A stretch of DNA of 32,000 nucleotides from Candidatus Electrothrix sp. GW3-4 (GTDB lineage: Bacteria > Desulfobacterota > Desulfobulbia > Desulfobulbales > Desulfobulbaceae), in the NCBI RefSeq assembly GCF_037902255.1, contig NZ_CP147990.1, positions 1,860,001-1,892,000 on the forward strand, in the 5' to 3' direction. Below, piece after piece: positions 24,570 to 32,000 of this stretch. The notes below the pieces were generated by a model. It was given only the letters and a program-made list of their open reading frames with translations. It was not told the origin of the DNA and searched no databases. A program made the position numbers and the translations under genes. Within the stretch, counting starts at the first letter, position 1. Every line of letters starts with the position of its first letter.

Positions 24570-25262
24570 TCAAATATATGAAACAAAACCAAAAGCTGCT
24601 AAGCCAGCAAGATATTTTGAATGTCTTTTTGGGGTCATTGGCAAAAATCTTAATATGCCTTCGACATAGTTTTTGAGCTCTGGTGAAAATTTGATCTCCA
24701 TAATAATATGAGGATATGTAATTTGAGGAAACTCTTTAATCTTTCCTCTTGCAGTAAGGCTCCTGAACTTAACCTGTCTATCAAATGTCACCCGTACCCC
24801 TTGGTAATCTTCAAAGTACTGCCTGTAATATTCAATATGTAACACAGGGGTATAATATGAATGCGCCAAGCAATTAATTGACGGATTTTCGGTAAGCAAA
24901 TGTTGAGCAGAGTCAATGAGTTCACAAATCGGCTGGTCCAGTAACTTTTGTCTATTTTCTAAAGATAAATCAAATTTTTCCTTGTAACCCAACCGTCCTT
25001 CCCTGTTTTTATACTCAAGTGCAAACCTTTTTATCCCATCACCATCGCGATACCATCGAAATCTTATTTTTCGACGTCTTGATAGACCAACCAAATTGTC
25101 TTTAACTGCCTGGAAGTAAAGATCGTCAAGGTAGAGGCTGTTAACAAATCGTCCATCATATTTTTCCCGAATAAATGTATGAGAATATATCCAATCTAGT
25201 GCTGTTGTCAGGTTTATCTCATTTAAAATGAATTTTATCTCGTAACGATATTCGTGACTCAC
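24570..25262 (-). CDS. VTC-domain protein (polyphosphate-polymerase-type triphosphate-tunnel fold)
   Basis: 230-aa soluble ORF. YRYEIKF at the N-terminus, SLYLDD, RRRKIRFRWY, LEYKNR and IMEIKF match the alternating charged beta-strand pattern of bacterial VTC-domain proteins. The GTG start overlaps the CotH stop (GTGA at 25259-25262). Confidence 0.75.
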   Translation of the reverse strand: MSHEYRYEIKFILNEINLTTALDWIYSHTFIREKYDGRFVNSLYLDDLYFQAVKDNLVGLSRRRKIRFRWYRDGDGIKRFALEYKNREGRLGYKEKFDLSLENRQKLLDQPICELIDSAQHLLTENPSINCLAHSYYTPVLHIEYYRQYFEDYQGVRVTFDRQVKFRSLTARGKIKEFPQITYPHIIMEIKFSPELKNYVEGILRFLPMTPKRHSKYLAGLAAFGFVSYI

Positions 25263-27877
25263 TTCTTCATAATCTCTGTCTCATACAAATCTTTAGTGTC
25301 AAAGTCTGTTGCCGACACTTCTTCACCATCCATCAACATGGATGTTCCTATCTGACGCATAAAAGTCGTTTGCGTATTTTCACCAAACTCAGAATTCTTT
25401 ATGAGCAGCAACGGTGAATCATAAAAATCTTTTTTTATATAACTCATAGCAGCACTCAACGTATAGCCATCTACCGTGGAACCTTCAAATGTCGCCCGGC
25501 TTCCGTCCTTTACAGCAATCCCTACGCCGACATTTTTCAGGTAACAGCTCAATACATGCACGCTACTCGCCTCACCCACCGAGACAGCTTTATCTTTTAT
25601 ATCGACAAATTCGTTATGAGTTAGCGTAACAGAGCTTCCTGAAAAATCGACACCATCGCCATTTATCCTTTTAAAGGATGAATTCTGTACTTTTCCTGAT
25701 GAAAAATCGCTATCAAAAGCATCGGACGCAGTGGACTGAATTTCAATATTCGACAGAGAAAAAGTAGAGTGAACAATATTTAAAGCGTCTTCAGCTTGAG
25801 ATCCATCAAATATGATATTTTTCATTACAATGTTTGAAGAATAGAAAGTAACCCCACCAGTAAGTGAGAGTATACCATCTTCAAGTCTTTTAGTATGGCG
25901 TATAATTATATTTTCTAGATATGATTTTTCTTCTGCATTAATAATATATATTCCTTTCCACCACCCATTTTTTTGAGATTCTAATACAATACCTTTCCCT
26001 TCTTTTCCTCTAGCGTCTATACTTCCCTTAATGATTAAATATGCTTTCTCGGCAAAACGCAAAGTTGTTCCTGGTGATATTTGTAAAGAGCCATTCACCG
26101 TCAAGGGCTCTTTAATATCCCAACTCCCTGGAAGTATTTTCCAGCTATTTCTTTTGGTGCGCTGCAGGAAGGGTAAATCATCAGGCGTTGCATTCAGTAA
26201 GGGATTTGATATACCATCAGAAATTAACGTGATGCCGGAGTCAACTTTTCTAACATGCCCCTTAAACTCTGTTTCTACAATTATATCATTATCTTGAACT
26301 CCTGTTATTTTTGTTTTAATAATATAGGGACGATAGTTGGTATATCCTGGTATTACAATATCGTTGACCAGCTGATTTTTACCGTTAAAGAAAATTTTTT
26401 TTAACGTCACAGGTTCCTTTAAAAGATTGTACAACTCCAAAATTCCATTATCGTAGTGGCGAACATGAATATGTTTCGATAAGACCGCTGCTTCTCTGGT
26501 AGAAATTTTTTTTTGAACATCTATCTCCTTAGCTCCCTGAGAGTTAAGGTTATTTTGCTCAAAAAAACCACCCTGATATCTGTTAACTATTTGAAAATTA
26601 TTATAAACGATACCAGTATCTTCGTATTTATCTAATGGAAAAAAGCTATGATAGTAGTTAAGCTCTTTCCCTAAGAAATGAATCGCTTTTTTAACTTTCC
26701 CTACATTATTCTGAAAATTTCTTTCAAAAGCTTCACTTGATAAAATATCACGAAACTCAGGCTGGTTAAAAGGAGTATAGCCTATTGGGACCCAATGACC
26801 TTGTTTGTCTGTTTCGATTGGCAGAAACTTACCTTGATCGGTAGTGAGAGGTTCCAGCTTCAACGTGTAAGGATTATAGTAATGTCTGCAGTTTGTATTT
26901 GCCAGCGTATGATAATTATTCCACAAAGCTGCAAGTAGCAAAATTTTACTGTATTGATCTATACTGTAAAGATGAGCATGATTCTCTTTAAGTCTCTCTT
27001 GAGCAATATATGTAAATTGCTTCCTGTAATTTTTTTTTGTTAAATATTTTTTTTCACCAAATACACTGAGATTGAGAAGGCTGTCGCTCAGTCGGTACCC
27101 GGCGGGTAGTTTTGTATTTTTCTCCGTAAGCCATTTTTTGTCATTTGAGAACTTAACAACTAAAGAATCTTTAACATTCTGCTTTTCAAGTAATTCTTTA
27201 GAAATATGCTCTTCCATATTCATTACTCCCCAACTGCTGCCATTAACATAAACACGTACATATTTATGCTGAGGCGATAGACCACCAGCGTGACGTGCAA
27301 GGGCTTGAAAAGTTGCATCAAAAGGATGCTGCCTAGCTCTTGGTTTATGAATAGAAAACTTTTTAAATCCCAATATTGTTTTTTTACCTTTAATGCTAAC
27401 CCGTAAGCTAACCCGTTGTTTACTTATCCAATGATCTCCAAGGTCTCCTTTCAGTCGTAACTTCACTTTATACGTTTGATTATTAAACCTTATTTTCCCT
27501 TTTACTGTTGTTGGATCTATGAGCATTCCAGCTGCAATTGCCCTGTCTCTATCCTTCATAATTTTTTGATATTCAAGAAAATCTATATCAAAATCTAATC
27601 GTTCCAGAAAGGGACGTTCTGGAAAGCCGACTATATAGCCCTTAATGATATCATAACATTTTTCAATCCTTGCCTTCCCGTCACGCTCCTTCAGGTCCAA
27701 ATAGAGACTTTTTATAGATGAAAATCCAGGATCTAGCATTAAAACTTCATAAAAAGGATCAGAAAGAAAAAGCTGCAGTCTCTGACGTTCTATAAAGAAA
27801 GTTACCAGTAAAATTAACAGCGTAACTACGCATAATTTTATCTTATCTTTGGAATTTCGTTTCTCGTATACAATCAC
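25259..27877 (-). CDS. Membrane-anchored CotH-family (atypical kinase) protein fused to a C-terminal right-handed beta-helix domain
   Basis: 872-aa ORF. The N-terminal anchor is KIKLCVVTLLILLVTFFI. The CotH-like core is KFSIHKPRARQHPFDATFQALARHAGGLSPQHKYVRVYVNGSSWGVMNMEEHISKELLEK. The C-terminal ~280 aa contain PbH1-like repeats (NIVMKNIIFDGSQAEDALNIV..., INGDGVDFSGSSVTLTHNEF...). The start is GTG with no visible SD. Confidence 0.75.
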   Translation of the reverse strand: MIVYEKRNSKDKIKLCVVTLLILLVTFFIERQRLQLFLSDPFYEVLMLDPGFSSIKSLYLDLKERDGKARIEKCYDIIKGYIVGFPERPFLERLDFDIDFLEYQKIMKDRDRAIAAGMLIDPTTVKGKIRFNNQTYKVKLRLKGDLGDHWISKQRVSLRVSIKGKKTILGFKKFSIHKPRARQHPFDATFQALARHAGGLSPQHKYVRVYVNGSSWGVMNMEEHISKELLEKQNVKDSLVVKFSNDKKWLTEKNTKLPAGYRLSDSLLNLSVFGEKKYLTKKNYRKQFTYIAQERLKENHAHLYSIDQYSKILLLAALWNNYHTLANTNCRHYYNPYTLKLEPLTTDQGKFLPIETDKQGHWVPIGYTPFNQPEFRDILSSEAFERNFQNNVGKVKKAIHFLGKELNYYHSFFPLDKYEDTGIVYNNFQIVNRYQGGFFEQNNLNSQGAKEIDVQKKISTREAAVLSKHIHVRHYDNGILELYNLLKEPVTLKKIFFNGKNQLVNDIVIPGYTNYRPYIIKTKITGVQDNDIIVETEFKGHVRKVDSGITLISDGISNPLLNATPDDLPFLQRTKRNSWKILPGSWDIKEPLTVNGSLQISPGTTLRFAEKAYLIIKGSIDARGKEGKGIVLESQKNGWWKGIYIINAEEKSYLENIIIRHTKRLEDGILSLTGGVTFYSSNIVMKNIIFDGSQAEDALNIVHSTFSLSNIEIQSTASDAFDSDFSSGKVQNSSFKRINGDGVDFSGSSVTLTHNEFVDIKDKAVSVGEASSVHVLSCYLKNVGVGIAVKDGSRATFEGSTVDGYTLSAAMSYIKKDFYDSPLLLIKNSEFGENTQTTFMRQIGTSMLMDGEEVSATDFDTKDLYETEIMKK

Positions 27878-27898
27878 TGTACATTTAAAATGTTCTGT

Positions 27899-28562
27899 TT
27901 ATAACGGATTCTGTTGATATCCAGAATTTCCATTCATAAAGGCAGATATGAACAAATTGTTCAGCCACATGTCATCGTATCGTTTTCCGTTCGGACGTTC
28001 CGCCGGACAGATTTTCCCGCTATGTTTTTGACCGTTGCCGGTGACGAAGGACAAAAATTTCAGAGGAGTGCCAAGGCTCTGACACGTCGGTTTCCAGCTT
28101 CAAGCGTTCCGTAAAAATACATACTGTCAAAGCAGGCCCGATCTATGGATTTCATCAGACGATCAACCATATTACTGGTACGATGCGCATTTTTATGATC
28201 ATAGCTCTTGATAAAAAACTGCCGTTTTGCACATAAGTCCATGATGTGTTCCTTCATCGGAGAATCAAAAACCTGCTCTGTGACCCATTCTTTCAGACGT
28301 CTGAGACGCTGCGCGAACGATGCCTCTTTTCGGGCCCAATAAACACCATACCTTTTCGGATACCTGAGTAAAAGATTCTCTCAAGACTTTGGTCGCACGA
28401 TTGCGTATCTTGATGAATGCATTAAAAAAACATTGGATAACAGAACTTTTTTGGAAAAAGTTTTTTCCAAACGCTCTGAGTAGGAAGCCACCCGTCCGTA
28501 TTCACCGATTCGGGAGCATAAGCGGGGTTAACCCGACCGAGCCTCATCGGCAAAAACTCGGA
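27899..28562 (-). pseudogene. C-terminal remnant of a DDE transposase (family uncertain; multiple frameshifts)
   Basis: Pieces in three minus-strand frames read in order: APESVNTDGWLPTQSVWKKLFP; VIQCFFNAFIKIRNRATK; YWARKEASFAQRLRRLKEWV...NAHRTSNMVDRLMKSIDRACFDSMYFYGTLEAGNRRVRALALL; ICPAERPNGKRYDDMWLNNLFISAFMNG...stop. The N-terminal half is absent, and the upstream edge abuts the ISL3 remnant. Confidence 0.6.
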
Positions 28563-29604
28563 TCATCCGGCAAACGGGTACGTTGAAGCATGCATATCAT
28601 AAAGCCTGAGCTTGAAGTATTCCATATCTCTGAAGCCGTATGCCTGCCGTTTTATAGTTTTGATTTTATTATTGAGCCCCTCCAAAGGACCGTTTGTAAT
28701 TCTATGCGGGTAATAATTCAGCAGTCCACTCCAGTGCCTGAGCATCATGGCACCTATTGAAATAAGCTGCTTGAGAAAGGCTGCTGCTGTTTTTCCGTTG
28801 CGTTGCTGCCAAAAGAGCCGGAGCTGCTCTTTCATGCTGTACATAATAAACAGGGGGCGGTTTTGACTTCCAGGAGGTTTTCGAGCCTGCACTTGTTCCT
28901 CTCGGTCAGACTGTGAAAGTTACGCAGAAGGAGAAAACGAGATCCTTTCAGGATATTCTGTCCGGCAGTATCAAGCAGATTGAATTGTTCACGACGCAGG
29001 GAATCAATCCCCCGGTTTATCTGCGCCATAATATAACGATCAAAAATGATCGGAACATTGCGAAAAAATTCCTTGAACGAAGAGATAAAGCTACCGCTCA
29101 TATCCATAGAAACCGCCTTGATATTACGATACACGGTTGTCAGCTTCGCTTTATGGATATTTTTCACCGTATCCCAACCAATATGGAGATATTCGGCAAC
29201 AGATTTGATTGTTCCGAAACGAAGCAGATCAAGCACTGTCAAGGCAAAAGAGCGGGTATATCGAGCTGTTTCCTTCATAAAAGAAAGGCGCGGCCACCAC
29301 AGATTTTTACATTGTCCGCATTCCAGTCGATGCATCGTCAATTCAAGAACCGCATGTTTTCGACCGATTGGGGCATCCGCAGTTGCCTGACCTTCTTCCC
29401 CTTAAAAACGGAATACCGATGACCGCAGGCCGGGCACCGTATATGACGATCCGAGGCCTCAACTCTGAAGAAAATGGTGTTGCCGACAAAGTAAGTAGAT
29501 TGATAAATTACACCTTTTATGCCGAAAGCGTGGTAGAGTATGGAGCTGGACATGGTTGAGACCTCATGAAACTGTTTGTATGGGTAACAAACAGCATGTC
29601 TCAC
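28563..29604 (-). pseudogene. ISL3-family transposase, broken into three frames with internal deletions
   Basis: Three ORFs make up the gene. ORF 29338-29604 carries the zinc-finger segment HIRCPACGH. ORF 28832-29341 reads HRLECGQC...TIKSVAEYLHIGWDTVKNI...AVSMDM...IIFDRY. ORF 28563-28892 reads HRITNGPLEGLNNKIKTIKRQAYGFRDMEYFKLRL. The segment between YRNI and KAVSMDM is missing. Confidence 0.8.
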
Positions 29605-29656
29605 ACCATGTCTTTTCGCTACTCTTTTTTCTCAAAAGTACTCGTTTGCCGGATGA
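28563..29656 (-). mobile_element. Decayed ISL3-family insertion sequence
   Basis: The 19-bp terminal inverted repeats match at 18 of 19 positions: tcatccggcaaacgggtac (28563-28581) and gtactcgtttgccggatga (29638-29656). They bracket the broken ISL3 transposase. At ~1.1 kb the element is shorter than intact ISL3 elements. The 8 bp flanking each end differ, so I see no target-site duplication. Confidence 0.7.
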
Positions 29657-29699
29657 ACCTACAAAAAAACCAAAATGCAATTTTTTTTCAAAAAGACTG

Positions 29700-30392
29700 C
29701 TACCAATTTGTTTTAGCTTCATAAAAGGAGACTGTTGCACTTGGATCAAATTTATTCATTTCCTGTATTACATCACTTAGCTCTATCTCCTTTTCTGGCG
29801 ACAATAAAAGAACAGCTGTCTTCCCAGTTCCCCCAGAATCAAACCTTATTAACTTTATAGATCTTGAGTGGTTAGACAATATTTCCGCAAGAAATGTAAG
29901 CGTAAAAGAATCGTCTACCCAGTTAACTACTATATTGTACTCAAGTACCTCCCCCTCTTTCCTGTTAGAAAGCCATAAATATGTCATTGCAAGAGTTAAA
30001 ATTGTTAGCAATGAAGTGATTAAAGAATGACCCGCTGCGTACCCTAGACCAACAGATATTGCAAGAAACAGATAGACTAGTTCTTCAGGTTCCTTTATCG
30101 GAGTTCTAAATCTAACTATAGATAATGCACCAACTAAACCAAGAGATAAAGCAAGAGATGATTTTACAATAACTATTACGATAAATACAACAGATGACAA
30201 CAAAGGAAGAACTGAAGCAATATGATGTTTACCCGTCAAAGAAAAAGATCTCTTCAAGTAAAAATATCTAATTACAAATGACATAGCTACGCACAGCAAA
30301 AAATTAAAGCATGTAGGAAGTAAATCAAGCTGGTTCTGTGTAATTCGAAGCCCTTCCGTTATATTTAAAATATTTTCCATAAAATTATTCAA
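29700..30392 (-). CDS. DUF4956-family integral membrane protein
   Basis: 230-aa ORF with 4-5 TM helices and the family hallmark LVGALSIVRFRTPIKEPEELVYLFLAISVGLGYAAG. A soluble C-terminal domain follows. Confidence 0.75.
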   Translation of the reverse strand: MNNFMENILNITEGLRITQNQLDLLPTCFNFLLCVAMSFVIRYFYLKRSFSLTGKHHIASVLPLLSSVVFIVIVIVKSSLALSLGLVGALSIVRFRTPIKEPEELVYLFLAISVGLGYAAGHSLITSLLTILTLAMTYLWLSNRKEGEVLEYNIVVNWVDDSFTLTFLAEILSNHSRSIKLIRFDSGGTGKTAVLLLSPEKEIELSDVIQEMNKFDPSATVSFYEAKTNW

Positions 30393-30420
30393 CCTAAGAA
30401 TATAAAAAAATAATCTATTT

Positions 30421-31368
30421 TCATTTCAAATCCTTATTACACTCCATATCAAACCACATAGCAAACAGTGTAAATAAACTAGAGCTCATAAAGGAAAACA
30501 TGGCTGCCAAGGTATTGATAGGAGGAAGATGCCCATCAATACCGAGATAAATAAAGGCACGGACAGTCAGAATAAAGCCAAAAAACAAGAAGAGCCCTCC
30601 AAGAAAATAAAAAAAGATGAGCGGATGAAAATCACGAATTATGTATTTTTCCACCATCCTTCTCGTAAAGCCCTTAACAAGGATCAAGGGAATGGTACAG
30701 AGCACTTTTTTCACCTTAATACCGGAGACTTCTCCCACATTATAAACTGGTCGTATTGAGATATCCCTGACCCGAAAATTGGCAATATTCAGACTGATCA
30801 GAAGATCATTGGGCATTCCGTAGCGCGGATAGATTGCCTCCAGATCAAGAGCCTTCAATGCCTGCAATGAGATGGCGGTATATCCACTCTGTGAATCAGC
30901 CACATGCCAGTACCCTGAGGCTATCTTAGTAAACAAAGAAAGAAAAGAGTTGCCGATATAGCGATACTTGGGAATCATCCCCCATGACTCACCGCGAAAC
31001 AGCCGATTACCCTTTGTGTAATCGCATTCCCCCCTACAGACAGGCTCTAAAATTCTCGGCAGATCTTCCGGGTCCATCTGAAAATCAGCCGCCATGACAG
31101 CAGCCACATCTACCTGTTGATCCCGGGCCCAGATATATCCCGTTGCAATGGCTGCCCCGACACCTCGGTTCCGCTCATGTTCAAGGCAGACGATCTTCTT
31201 ATTCGCTGTTGCCAACGCCTGGACAACAGCCACGGTCTGGTCTTGACTGCGGTCGTCAACCACCACGATAATGTCCACATAGTTGGGCATGGTCTTGATG
31301 ACCTTTCCGATGAGTTTTTCCTCGTTATACGCAGGAATGACAACGGCTATTTTCTTTTCAAGGTGCAT
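30421..31368 (-). CDS. GT2-family glycosyltransferase with C-terminal TM helices (polyprenyl-phosphate sugar transferase-like, GtrB/ArnC type)
   Basis: The N-terminus is IAVVIPAYNEEKLIGKVI...IIVVVDDRSQDQT (GT-A with DxD region). Two C-terminal hydrophobic helices and the ~315-aa size are typical of GtrB-like enzymes. Confidence 0.75.
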   Translation of the reverse strand: MHLEKKIAVVIPAYNEEKLIGKVIKTMPNYVDIIVVVDDRSQDQTVAVVQALATANKKIVCLEHERNRGVGAAIATGYIWARDQQVDVAAVMAADFQMDPEDLPRILEPVCRGECDYTKGNRLFRGESWGMIPKYRYIGNSFLSLFTKIASGYWHVADSQSGYTAISLQALKALDLEAIYPRYGMPNDLLISLNIANFRVRDISIRPVYNVGEVSGIKVKKVLCTIPLILVKGFTRRMVEKYIIRDFHPLIFFYFLGGLFLFFGFILTVRAFIYLGIDGHLPPINTLAAMFSFMSSSLFTLFAMWFDMECNKDLK

Positions 31369-31676
31369 GCAATGGAACCATAGGTAAATACTGAACGGTT
31401 TAATATCTATTAAAAAAGATTATATCACCACCGCCCGGCAATAGCAAGTCGCCATCTACGATGTAACAAAAATCAGCAGAAAGCTCAAGCGCTCCCCCAC
31501 TCCACATGCCCCTTTAAGAACATTCACGCATACAACAACAACTCAATATCAGTCTATTAAGCTGAGGCTATAGACAGGGCTTCTCATGTCATGCCGCGCG
31601 ATGTCGATAAATCGCACCAAAAAAAACAGCGTTTGCCCACCTTACTTAATGAAAAAAAACTGGATTTATGGTTCAA

Positions 31677-31706
31677 TTGTCGAACTCAGTTCGTAAGTAC
31701 TATGAT
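31677..31706 (+). promoter_or_regulatory. Possible sigma70 promoter for gyrA
   Basis: TTGTCG (31677-31682), an 18-nt spacer, then TATGAT (31701-31706). It lies ~60 nt upstream of the gyrA ATG. This rests on sequence pattern only. Confidence 0.3.
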
Positions 31707-31764
31707 AGCATGCCAACCCTATTGGCACCATGCTGCGTCCTCTTTACAACAAGCAAAAAATCCA

Positions 31765-32000
31765 ATGACAACAGATCAGGAAAATAACTCGCCCGAACTC
31801 CACACCGTCGGCATTGAACAGGAGCTGCGCAAATCCTATCTGGATTATGCAATGTCCGTTATCGTTGGTCGGGCCCTGCCCGACGTTCGCGATGGTCTGA
31901 AGCCGGTGCACCGGCGCACCCTATACGCTATGCGGGAACTGGGCAATACCCATAATCGCCCCTATGTCAAATCAGCCAGGATTGTCGGTGATGTCATCGG
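31765..32000 (+). CDS. gyrA: DNA gyrase subunit A, 5' end (runs off the window)
   Basis: My own translation from ATG 31765 is [61 protein letters not shown]...[11 protein letters not shown], the canonical GyrA N-terminus. The ORF track omits it because it is open-ended. Confidence 0.95.
   Translation, partial: MTTDQENNSPELHTVGIEQELRKSYLDYAMSVIVGRALPDVRDGLKPVHRRTLYAMRELGNTHNRPYVKSARIVGDVI

Noticed and set aside
28913-29422. Plus-strand ORFs of 169 aa and 114 aa in the IS region
   Set aside because: They are antisense to the ISL3 transposase remnants, whose family motifs read clearly on the minus strand.
31723-31736. TGGCAC-N5-TGC sigma-54-like site upstream of gyrA
   Set aside because: The GG-to-GC spacing is one nucleotide short of the consensus, the -12 element is TGC rather than TTGC, and gyrA is not expected to depend on sigma-54.
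1-32000. Scan for CRISPR arrays, tRNA and rRNA genes, and integrase or att sites bounding the islands
   Set aside because: I found no regularly spaced direct repeats, no cloverleaf-type sequences with GTTCGAATC-like T-arms, no rRNA signatures, and no integrase gene. The only mobile-element signals are the two decayed transposases.

Overview
This is a 32-kb bacterial chromosomal window with about 32 protein-coding genes. I saw no rRNA, tRNA or CRISPR array. A LolB-like lipoprotein, a beta-barrel OMP candidate, an AMIN-domain protein and lipobox signals indicate a diderm bacterium; the taxon cannot be fixed from the sequence alone. The backbone genes are a GT4 transferase, PIN-PhoH2, a PNP/UDP-family phosphorylase, arfB, yhbY, a fused radical-SAM/DUF2344 gene, a TPR plus LolB-like lipoprotein operon, a metallophosphoesterase, rsmE, comM/yifB and the gyrA 5' end. 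Hand counts on single 60-nt lines gave ~53% GC at line 8401 (backbone), ~32% at line 11161 and ~37% at line 26401, so two AT-rich accessory patches interrupt the backbone. Patch 1 (~9.1-12.2 kb) is a PAS-GGDEF cyclase followed by a TM-less KAP P-loop NTPase. Patch 2 (~21.2-31.4 kb, all minus strand, between comM and gyrA) reads GT2, DUF4956 membrane protein, nested IS debris, membrane-anchored CotH-kinase/beta-helix fusion, VTC (polyphosphate-polymerase-type) domain protein, Wzx-like flippase, SAM methyltransferase, GT4. The VTC/DUF4956/CotH trio inside a glycan-export cluster is my best candidate for an undescribed system, possibly a VTC-like polyphosphate or phospho-modification machine at the envelope. 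A second candidate is three tandem genes (2.9-4.45 kb) for small, secreted, extremely acidic proteins. Two of them carry near-identical sigma70 promoters and ~170-nt structured leaders, with a compensatory base-pair change, a 15-nt motif shared by all three genes, and a terminator-like hairpin before the RBS. A 112-bp nested-dyad element at 6354-6465 is a third unexplained structure. All calls rest on motif recognition by eye; no searches were run.
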